DNA of 64,000 nucleotides from Amoebidium appalachense (lineage: Eukaryota; Protista; Ichthyosporea), in the NCBI GenBank assembly GCA_963693365.1, contig CAVNZM010000005.1, positions 248,001-312,000 on the forward strand. The letters are read 5' to 3'. The translations under genes and the position numbers were made by a program. Shown in pieces: positions 39,884 to 49,590 of the stretch. Position 1 is the stretch's first letter, and the number at the start of each line of letters is the position of its first letter. The notes below the pieces were generated by a model. It was given only the letters and a program-made list of their open reading frames with translations, was not told the origin of the DNA and ran no database searches.

Positions 39884-40120
39884 CACCACATCCCCGCCCT
39901 GACACCATCACCCCTGCAGATATTCCAGCTCCTGCCGCAGCTTCTACCCGTGTTTGCGCACGTGCTAGCGCACGCAGACAAGCAGCTCAAAGCACCCGTA
40001 CGTGACGAGATGGTAGCTGTGGTCAGGCAGCTGTATGCGCAGTACCCGGGGGAGATGGCGCAGGCAGTGGGGGGCATGGACCCACAGAGCCAGCAGGTCA
40101 TAGCTGCTGCACTGCAGTAG
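25364..40120 (+). CDS. IPO4: Importin-4 / Kap123-type karyopherin beta, about 25 exons
   Basis: Exon 1 is 25364-25375 (MAQP|GTAAGT). Exon 2 from 25846 reads [16 protein letters not shown]...TQQLK. Later exons give [80 protein letters not shown] and [10 protein letters not shown], all typical importin-4 HEAT-repeat motifs. Stop TAG at 40118-40120. Confidence 0.92.
27040..27205. repeat. Intronic minisatellite, ~31-bp unit, about 5 copies
   Basis: CAAGCAGCCCATTTCCCGTTTCCCCTCTCCT repeated. Confidence 0.9.
29974..30297. repeat. Intronic minisatellite, 54-bp unit, 6 copies
   Basis: GCACATGTGTGTTTGCATGGCTGAGCACAGTGCTGTGTAGAATGCCATGTCTGT repeated with few substitutions. Confidence 0.95.
30486..30680. 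repeat. Intronic minisatellite, 22-40-bp CAGCCATGCACGTGCA-core units
   Basis: Repeated CAGCCATGCACGTGCACACCTGCTCATGCACACACACACA and shorter variants. Confidence 0.85.
36983..37210. mobile_element. 228-bp non-autonomous hAT-like MITE in an importin intron
   Basis: Terminal inverted repeats CAAGCCCGA / TCGGGCTTG, a perfect 8-bp target-site duplication GTGCCACC (36975-36982 and 37211-37218) and internal repeated GGTATTTTT motifs. Confidence 0.85.
38335..38490. repeat. Intronic minisatellite, 24-bp unit
   Basis: GCACACATRCATGCATGCATATAT repeated about 6 times. Confidence 0.9.
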
Positions 40121-41318
40121 AGAGGGGGGGAGGGGGGGGAGGAGTGGCTGTGGCGGATGTGTGTATGTGGTGGTGGAAAAGCAGTTGGGGGGGGTGGGGA
40201 GGGGAGTAGGTATGTATGATGTGGGGGGGCTTAACCTCTAGAGTGGGGTTGGGTGGGCTTTGATGAAGGAGAGGGTGAGGGGCAGTGCAGAAATGTGGTC
40301 CCTTGGCAGCCAGGGGCATAGCTATTGGTGAGTGTGGGCAGTGGATGGTGGGCAGGGCCACAAGGCATACTTATTGTGGTTCATTTTTCGTTGTTGGGCT
40401 CTAGAGGTCTTGTTCTCGGAGTTTTCTGCATCCATTTTTTTTTTAAAAAAAAAAATTCTTCTGTTGTCTGCTTGAGGCTTCTGTGAGCAGCACCACTAAT
40501 TGACTGGATGGTAATCTTTGATTGGCTTGCAGCTGCATGTACGAGTAGAAACACATATGCAGTGAAATACACGAAATGTACAAGTATATGTTTTAGATCA
40601 GGCCTGGAGGTCCCATGTGTACATAAACAAATAGTGTTTTTTTTGCCGGCCCTGGTGGTTGGCCAGAATGAAATGGTAATGAATAGCAGATAAATATTTT
40701 TGCCACCTATTTGTTTAAGTGGCATGTATCTTGCTGCCCCTTCCTTCTCTCACTCTCTCTCTTTATCGGGCTCTCGAGCTCTCGAGCCGGCGGCCCCCCG
40801 GAGAGTCGTATAAACGCGGTTAAGGGGTCGAAACTCAGACGCAATTGATGACTTGGGCCCTCCCTGAGGATGGGTTCTGCTTACGACGCATACTGTGCGC
40901 ATGGCTGATGTTGCATACTTGAATGTTTGCCTTTGCATGTGTCCTTCGTGTATGCGTACTTCGTACCGTGTTCCGCATTCAAACCCCCCCTCCCCCCCCC
41001 CCCCCCCCCCCCCCCCACCACCACCACCACCACTAGCTACCACCAGAAAAACAACAACAACAACAGCAACAACAACAACAACAAAAAAAAAAAAAACTGT
41101 TAGCAGGTGACGCAACAAATGCCAGGTACCGTGAGCCACCGTGCACGGTACTCATTAGTCATTTTAACGTGCAGAGTGGGTTAAACTATCGATAATGGTC
41201 GCTCCGTCCGGACACGGATTCTGCAGCTGATCAGGACTTCGTGCAAAGTTGACCATGACACGAGGCAGATATGTGGTATTATCCAGACGCTGCTGTAACG
41301 ACATAATAGTAACTACAA

Positions 41319-41391
41319 TAAGGGGCGCGGCACCCCACGTTAGTGACGTCACAAAGTGTGACGTCACTAACACAGGGTGGCGCACCCCTTA
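41319..41391. repeat. Imperfect palindrome: 35-bp arms, 3-nt loop, two TGACGTCA sites
   Basis: Arms 41319-41353 and 41357-41391 match at 30 of 35 positions. The inner GTTAGTGACGTCACA is perfect. Confidence 0.92.
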
Positions 41392-41645
41392 GGATATGGC
41401 AGATATGCATATGGGATATGGCGATATGCAGTATGATATGGGTGTATATTGTGATTAGGATATGGATATGGGTATGGATATGTACAGGAGCACGTGCACA
41501 CACTGTGTGTGTGTGCATAAACACGTGCAGAGCACGTGGATTTAATTAAAATATTAAAGGGAAAACGTGTCATGTGTGCGCGTGCACGCACGCGCACATG
41601 CGACACGTACACAGTTCTGAGATCAAAGGAATGCGACGGTGTGCA

Positions 41646-41855
41646 CAAGGCGGCCAATGAGAATTCGAATTCCGAATTCCTTGTACAAGGCGGCCAATAG
41701 TAATGCGGATGCACAAGGCGGCCAATGATAATTCAGTTCCAAAAAGCCAGTTGCCGCACAAGGCGGCCAATGAACATTAAGATAGCACATTCCATTTCCA
41801 AGGCGGCCAATGAGCGCCCGGATCGGTCAACCTGGGTTTCCTATTGGCCGCCTTG
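41646..41855. promoter_or_regulatory. Array of six CAAGGCGGCCAAT motifs upstream of pPolB
   Basis: Direct copies at 41646, 41686, 41714, 41759 and 41799, and an inverted copy at 41843-41855. Each contains a CCAAT box. Confidence 0.8.
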
Positions 41856-41981
41856 TGTAAACAATGGTGGCGCACTTACGCACGCACAGGATCATTATTT
41901 TGCGTTCTGTTTATTGATGTTTTTGCTGCCGGCGCTGCCTGGCAATTACATTGTGGCTAAGATCTAAGATTACTGTTCAGG

Positions 41982-44900
41982 ATGTTAGACGACAGCCAGG
42001 AAGGCTTCATAGAGGACCTGCTGCGGGCACTGGATGCCGACCCGCAGCAGGCCCTGCAAGCCAACCCGTTTCTGCAGGCCCTGCAGGGCCCACCACCCCC
42101 ACCCCCACCCCCTCCCCGGCCTCCCCCCTGCCCCCGCCCCCATCAACCACCCAGATGACCCCCAGATCATTGCCATGCCTGCCGAGGGCAACTGGCAGCT
42201 GCGTTCACGGGTGGATGACATGCAGGCAAGGGGGTTGGGCGTACGCGGCCACACCCTCGAGTACCAATCCCTGCGCACCATGGACGTCACCGAGTTCCCC
42301 CAGTTCTTTGCAGCTATGCTGTTTGATGCCATTGCCCGTGCAGATGTGCAGGTGGGGGACATGATCATCGTACGCATCATCAGCTTGCACGTGCAGGCCA
42401 ATGGTGTGGACAACCAGGTGGGGGATGACGGCAACCCCAACGCCGATGTCACCAACCGTCGTGTGTTTACGGCAGGCCCCATGGACGTGTTCAACGGTGA
42501 TGTGAATGCCGTGGTGCTCAAGCTGATGGAGAACATACGCCAACGCACCCAGAGTGCAGCCGAGACCTTTATGGACGGGCGATCCAGTGTGCATCTGACC
42601 GTGGTCCGGCCCAAGGACATGGTGAGGAAGGGTGCCTGCGGGTCCCTGTCCACCCTCACAGGGGTGACAGCCCAGTGGCTGCGGGAGCTGGTGGAGGCCA
42701 AGGCCGTGGTGGATGTGACCACCCTGGTGAAGGCAGCCTGCAGCAGCAACGACCCGCAGGTGACAGGGGAGAAGGAGCTTGACCACCATCAGCTGCTTGA
42801 GATTGCCGACGGCCCCTCCTGTGCCCAGCTGTGCCTGGTGTACTGTATGGCAGTGTGGGTCAGCAAGGCAGCCAACAGCAACGAGAACGGCAGCCTGCCC
42901 TCCGAGCACACTCGTAAGAACCTGGGCAATGGGGGTGACCTCATGAAGCTCAAGGACCACCACGTGCTGTGCCACCTACTGGACCCTATGGATGTGATTG
43001 GTATTGGCAACAAGGCTCTGGGTAGGTCTGTGTCTTCCGGCTGTGGGGTGTGCAACCTGCTGCAGCCACCCATCAACCCAAGGAGCAACTTCCAGGACCG
43101 TTACCTGCGCAGGCTGGCAAGGGCCACCCGCCGGCTGTGGGCCAAGTACAAGCTGCCTGTGCCTGCAGAGGACGGGCTGACGGTGGATCAGTTGGGTGCA
43201 GCCGTGGATGCCCTCAACATCCAGATTGCCAGTGAGACCCAGTCAGTCACCCGTCTACGGCTGGTGGTGGTGGACCTGGACAGCAAGGGTAGGGTGGCAA
43301 GAAGGTACGGGGACGTGAGCTCGGCCCTTCCCCCCGGCAAGCTGTGCACCATGTACCTTGGCCACTCCCAGAAGCTGGGCCACTTCACGGCCATCCCCTC
43401 CAATGTCAGCAACACCATCGAGCGCCTGCGCAACGGCAACCACACGGGGGCCGTACGTCGGAGCCTCAGCACCTGCTTCCACTGCAACCAGACCGTGCAA
43501 TCCAAGAACATGGGGGTGCACCGTTGTGTGAACCGGTGTGGGAACTGTGGATCAAAGGGGAACCACATCGACCAGGCAGATGCCTGTGTGTGGACCCCCG
43601 GGCGCCGTGTGGAGCTAGCACGGGTGGGGGAGGATGCATGGCCTTACCGTTGTGACGACTGCTGTGGCCTCTTCCCTTCGGCCAGGTGCATGGCCAACCA
43701 CAGCACCAAGCTCAAGGGGGCCGGGGCCAGGGCCGACGGCCGGCAACAATCCTTCTGTGACTCCGTGTTCTGGTGCCGGCTGGCCACGTGCACCCACGGC
43801 CTGCAGGGGTACAGGATGATTGGCAGTGGAGATGATGCCCTCAGGGTGTGTGTGTCGGGCAATCCTGCCGGCCGGTTCTTCTACAAGTTCAAGTACGCCA
43901 GCGTGCGCCGGCTGCGCCGGCTGCACACGGCCCAGGAGCAAGGGGGGGTACGATGCAGGCGTCAACGACGAGGGGCAGGACTGGGGCTGGGTCACGGACA
44001 CGGAGGGGGACTCGGCCACCGAGGATGCCGACTCAGACCCCCCACCCAGCCTTGCCGACTCGTCGGACGACGAGGGTGGCGATGACGAGGATGATGGCAT
44101 CGACCTCATGCAGATGTCTGAGGGGGAGGGGCAGGGGGAGGGGGAGGGGGGTCAGCACGGGGCCAAGAAGGACGACACGTGGACACAGCACCTGTGCACC
44201 GACTACGACTGCAAGGGCTGTGGGGGGTACATGCCCGGCAACCACACGTGCCTCATACGTAGCAAACGAGATCAACGGCGTGTGTACATGTGCACACACA
44301 CGGATGCAGACGGCACGGTGTGTGACAGGGTGGCATGCTACTCCAACGAGCAAGGGGAGGGGGAGGAGGGGGAGGGGGAGGGGGGAGAGTCACCTGCACG
44401 GCAGAGGGCCAGGGTGGATGATGCCGGCTGCAGGGTGGGTGCACACGTGTGCAAACGGCACGTGCCCGACGACGATGGCAGCAGGGGGTCGTGGAAGCAG
44501 ACCCGGCAGCCCATCAGGGACATCGTGCTGGACTTCGAGACCATGCCGGTGCCTGCCCCAGACCACACGGCCGAAAACCCCCACTTCATCCACATCGTGT
44601 ACCTTGCAGTGGCCATGTACGTCGAGCCAATGGGCGGCCAGCCGTCTGCCCCCATCATCTTCTGGTCGGAGGCCTCGGCCGACGGCAAGAATGCCTGGGA
44701 CGTGCTGATGGAGGACAACCACCACGTGATCGACAAGGTGGTCAAGTGGCTGTTCGACACACCAGCCCATGCCGGCGGCCGGGTGTACTGCCACAACGGT
44801 AGTGGCTTTGACTTCCACTTTGTGACCAAGCTGAGGGTGGTGGGCAGCCAGGACTACGTGTACGTGCCCATCATGGCCAACAGCAAGATCAAGTCCTGCC

Positions 44901-47602
44901 GTATACGTCACTACATCAAGAATGCCGGTGCACCAGCAGCCCCCGTGCCCATGCGGGTGGATGGTGATGGTGATGGTGATGGCCACCATGGCCATGGCCA
45001 TGGTGATGGCCACGATGGCAATGGCCATGGTGATGGCCATGGTGATGTGCAGCAGCAGGCAGCAGCAGCAGCAGCAGCAGCAGGTGCCGGCCGGAAGAGG
45101 AGGCACGGGGGGCAGAGGGGGGACGGCAGCCGCACGACGGTGGTGGAGCTGACGTTCGTGGACACCCTCAACTTCCTCACCATGTCACTGTCGGATGCAG
45201 GCAAGGCCATGGGCTGCCAGGAGACCAAGGGCCACTTCCCCCACCATGCAGCCACCTTTGCCAACTTCAAGGCCGGCCACATCCCCTTCCCTGGGCCCGA
45301 GGACTTTGGGGCCCAGGACATGAAGCCCAAGCAGCATGCTGCCTTCATGCAGTGGTGGCGGGAGGAGCAGGCACGTCTGCAGGGGCAGGCACCGGCGGGC
45401 ACGTGCTACGACATTGCCCAGCAGTGCGAGGACTACTGTGTCAAGGATGTGGTGCTGCTGCAGCAGGTGGTCAAGGCCTTCATGTCGAAACTCATCGAGC
45501 TGACGGGCATCGACCCCTTCACGTGCGTCACCCTTGCTTCCCTCGCCATGCACTTCTGGATCACGCAGGCCATGCCCAAGGACGTGACCGTGATGCGTGA
45601 CCAGACCATGGGCAACGTCAACAGCAGCAAGAAGGAGCAGGAGTACATCGACTACATCACCCACGGCCTGGGGGTGGGGCCAGACGACGTTGCACGGCAC
45701 GTGGCCACCGGGCACGACCCCCACGGCAGGGCCACTGCCGATGCCAAGGCCACCCACGACGACGGCACGTGCACCTACTACTTCTTCCACGGCTGTGTGT
45801 TCCATGGGTGCCCCGACTGCAACAGGCACGAGGATCTAACGATGAGGGTGGTGAAGAGGCCAGCCAAGGAGGCCTACGACAGCACCATGGGCCACGAGAG
45901 GTACATCCGTGCCCAGGGGCACAAGGTGCAGAGCATGTGGGAGTGCAGGTGGGACAGGCTTCGGCAGAGCCCGGAGGTGAAGGCAGCACTTGCAGCACAG
46001 GCTGCACGGAGGGAGGGCACCGGCAGGGTGGCCCCCGTGCCCACGGGCCCGGTGCAGTTCCGTGATGCCTTCTTTGGTGGCCGTACGGAGGTCATCACCC
46101 GTCACATCGAGGTCAAGGAGGAGGACTGGCCACAGGCAGGCCTCAAGTACGTCGACGTCACCTCCCTCTACCCGTACGTGATGATTGACAAGTACATGCC
46201 GGTGGGCAAGTCACAGTGGTTCACGTCACTGCCCATCAAGCCGGAGGACCACCCCTCGGCCATCGTCACGGACCCCCAAGTGCTCAAGGAGAGGCTCGAC
46301 AAGACGTGCCGTATGACCCCCGGCTCCCCCAAGGCCAGGACCAAGGGGTACTTTGGTGTTGCACGTGTGAGGGTGCTCCCCCCCAAGGACCTGTTCATCC
46401 CCGTGCTGCCTGTGCGTATGACGGGTGCCCAGGGGTACGACAAGCTGGGCTTTGTGCTGTGCAGGGCCTGCAGCAGCAAGGAGGAGGCCCAGGCCACCTG
46501 CATGGACGAGGAGGGCAACCCCCGGGTGCGTGAGCATGTGCAATGCACACACACGGACGAGGAGAGGGCACTGGTCGGCACGTGGACGACGGAGGAGCTG
46601 AAGGTGGCCGTGCGTGATGGGTACACCATCCTCGACGTGTACGATGTGGTGCATTTCAAGAAACGCACCAAGAACCTCTTCCGGAAGTACGTGCAGACGT
46701 TCCTGAAGGTGAAGCTCACCAGCACCACCGTGGATCCTGCCGACATACCCGCCCTCGTGCACCTGTTCAAGGAGCACTACGGCATCACGGTGACGGCCGA
46801 CGAGTTCAGCCCCAACCCTGCCCTTCGTACCATCAGCAAGCTGTTTTTGAACAGCCTCTGGGGCAAGCTGGTGCAGAGGGCAGGGCTCGACACCATCGAG
46901 TTTGTCGACGATGTCGATCAGCTGAGTCTGCTGGTGACCAACCCCAACATCTTGGTGCTTGACGTCGAGCCCATCGGCGAGCAGAGGGTGGCCATCAAGT
47001 ACAGGCCCAAGAAGGAGACGGCCCCACCCCCCTCCTACGCGAACATCGCCATCGGCACGTTCGTGACGGCCCATGCACGGTTGCACCTCTATGGTGCCCT
47101 CCGGTCCCTCTCCCCCCAGCAGGTGGTGTACATGGACACGGACTCCATCGTCTACCACTACGACAGCAGGGTGCCCCACCTCAGCCACAACATCGACTCC
47201 ACCAACGGGGACTTGCTGGGCAACTGGAAGAACGAGACCACCACCCCCATCGTCGAGTTTGTTGGTGTGGCCCCCAAGACCTATGCCTACCGCACCCAGG
47301 ACGGCAAGACCGACGTCAAGGTCAAGGGCATCACCCTCTCCCGTCGTGCAGCCGACATGGTGAACCTCCCCAGCCTCCGTATGCTGGTGCACGGGGAGAT
47401 GCCGAGTGTGAGTGTCACCAACCACCGTCTGCTGCGTGAGCCCGTGCCCGGGGTGCCCCACAACTACCACCTGGCCAGCAAGGACCAGAGGAAGACACAG
47501 TCGGGGGCCTTCGACAAGAGGGGGGTGTTTGAGGCAGCCGACGGCAGTGTACGCAGCTACCCCATTGGGTGGGCAGCACCGGAGGGGACTCTGCAGTTTT
47601 GA
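41982..47602 (+). CDS. Protein-primed family B DNA polymerase polyprotein, ~1,870 aa, two apparent +1 frameshifts (~42120 and 43942-43948)
   Basis: Exonuclease motifs LDFET, HNGSGFD and YCVKDV; FGGRTE; polymerase motifs YVDVTSLYP, KLFLNSLWGK, YMDTDS, KTY and KVKG. The N-terminal part is ORF 42034-44085, with a better start at ATG 41982 (MLDDSQEGFIEDLL...). Confidence 0.93.
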
Positions 47603-48094
47603 GTGGGGGGAGGGGGAGGGAGGGGGAGGGGAAGGGTTAGTTAGCATTTTAAGTTAAAGTATGCAATTTTTAAATCAAAGTTAAATCAAAGTATCAAAGT
47701 ATGCAGGGAATACGTTAGGGTAGACATGAAAATTATATGGGGTGTCTGTTAACTTAGCTTCAGAAAAAAGGAAAATGGGGTGCAGTGTGCATGGGAAAGG
47801 GGGTCAGAAGAAAAACTTAAAGAAAAAGACGGTGTTTTTAGGCATACACCACGTGCACCGTATGCATGAGGGGAAGCAGCAAATAAAATCAGAGTTTAAT
47901 GCAAACACAAACCCTTCCAATGTGGCCTTGGGTAGAAGCATGAACACCAACATCAGCACCATACATGCATACAAGGGGGGAGACTTGCCAAAAAGAGCAG
48001 GCACCTGCACATATAAAAGGCACACACATGTGCAAAGATACCTCACTTTTTCCAACACGAAAACAGGCAACACACGAAAAAATCAAAATTAAAA

Positions 48095-48983
48095 ATGGAT
48101 GAAGACACACTGCTAAGTATGGTGGCAGACACCACAGACCCCGAGAAGCTGCTAGACTTATGCCCCTTCCTCTTCGACATGTACTGTAGCCCGACCACAC
48201 CCCCACCCCCACCCCCACTACAACCACCGAATGCATGTTGGTGGGCATACTGCAACAGGGAGACGTGCACGGGGGGACACGACGACTACGGGCACGACGG
48301 TGGAGTCCAGGAGTACGTGTACGAGGAGGGGGGAGGGAAAGGGGGGGAGGAGGGGGAGGGAGAGGGGGAGGAGGACTGGGTGTACGACGGGAGGGGGTGG
48401 GAGGGGAGTGACGGTGAGGGGAGGAAGACCTATGAGGGGTGCACGGCCTTCTGGGACAGGAAGAGGTCACAGCCATACAGACACATCAACCACTTCAAGC
48501 AGCTACTTCAGTCGGTGCAGGGGTTGAATGCTTCCATGGGGGACATGCAGGGAGGGGGTGGTGGCAGCATTCAGGGGTGTGGCACACATAGAGAATGCAG
48601 ACCAGGCAAGGAGGGTGTTGAGACAGAACAAGCTTACAAAACACTACATGCGTGTACCTTATATATTAAACAGGCTGTACGGTCACCCCCTCCCTAGGTT
48701 CACGTGTGAACAGCTCGAGCTCTTGATGGGCATGTTTAAGTTCTCCTTGTCGTGGCATAGGAGGCACAAGGAGGACACAAGGAAGAACTTTGTGGGGTAC
48801 CCGTTCCTGCTGGTGAAAATGGTGGAATTAGTGGGTGGTATGGATGCTGAGGTGGTGGCTAGGCTGGTGCCGGCCGTCAAAAGCAAGGTGACTAGAGTCA
48901 AGAGTGACAAGGTGTGGGTGCAGCTGGAGAGGGACCTTAAAAACTACCACATGCTTGTGGAATACAACATGTTTTACCTGTAG
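48095..48983 (+). CDS. VLTF3-like (poxvirus late transcription factor 3 family) protein, ~295 aa, one +1 frameshift near 48550
   Basis: YRHINHFKQLLQSVQG in the first frame, then KHYMRVPYILNRL, RKNFVGYPFLLVKMVEL and VKSKVTRVKSDKVW in the second, matching the VLTF3 pattern. Confidence 0.8.
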
Positions 48984-49100
48984 CCTGGTGCTACTGTACC
49001 GTGACCTAAATACAAGACATGTGCACAATATGTTAGGGGTAGCAGGTGGTGGTAGGGGGTGTGCCAGCACGTGCCCACACTACCGTCGACCCACTCACGT

Positions 49101-49292
49101 TTATTTAAACACCACAGGTGCCGTGCGTATGGGACGGTTGGCGTTGATGCCGGACAACGGTACGGTGTAGGCCAACGGGCGTTCCCGGAAGTCACGTATG
49201 GTCGAGACGTCCATGACGTTTAAGCTGTTGTTCTGCTCCGGAAAAATGAACGGCTTCTTACGTATGGGGGGCCCGCCGATGTTGAGCTCCAT
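49101..49292 (-). CDS. Small viral hypothetical protein, 63 aa
   Basis: ATG in CAACATG context; tightly packed after the previous ORF. Confidence 0.6.
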   Translation of the reverse strand: MELNIGGPPIRKKPFIFPEQNNSLNVMDVSTIRDFRERPLAYTVPLSGINANRPIRTAPVVFK

Positions 49293-49331
49293 GTTGCAGA
49301 AGTAGGGTGTTTACACAACCACACACAATAT

Positions 49332-49571
49332 TTAATAGTTCTGGAAGGAGCTCTTGTCGGCAGCCACAGGCCAGGGTGTGTACGTGGCCGGCCTCGGCCT
49401 CATCATGGTCCCCCCTGGGCCCTCAATGACGGTGTTCCCCGGCCCGTAGAACGGTCGGGTTTGGGGTACAGGCCCGGGGGTCGGTCGGGTGCGGTAGGGG
49501 AGGGGTACGGGGAGGGGGGCAAGGGTGTGTGGCAACGCATACATGCGCATGTGCTCCGTGCCGGGTGCCAT
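49332..49571 (-). CDS. Small Pro-rich viral hypothetical protein, 79 aa
   Basis: ATG lies 20 bp after the upstream stop, behind a CACCACC leader. Confidence 0.6.
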   Translation of the reverse strand: MAPGTEHMRMYALPHTLAPLPVPLPYRTRPTPGPVPQTRPFYGPGNTVIEGPGGTMMRPRPATYTPWPVAADKSSFQNY

Positions 49572-49590
49572 AATGGTGGTGGTGGTGGTG

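Noticed and set aside
40820-40880. Possible hammerhead ribozyme (GAAAC, TTGATGA, CTGAGGA)
   Set aside because: I could not build the three required stems around the core motifs.
41646-41855. Repeat-spacer pattern resembling a CRISPR array
   Set aside because: Repeats are only 13 bp, spacing is irregular, one copy is inverted, there are no cas genes and the context is eukaryotic.
46226-47647. Long antisense ORFs opposite pPolB, also opposite MCP and the fibre (52741-53595, 58086-59294, 58232-59260)
   Set aside because: Expected shadows of GC3-rich or repetitive coding sequence; they have no motifs.
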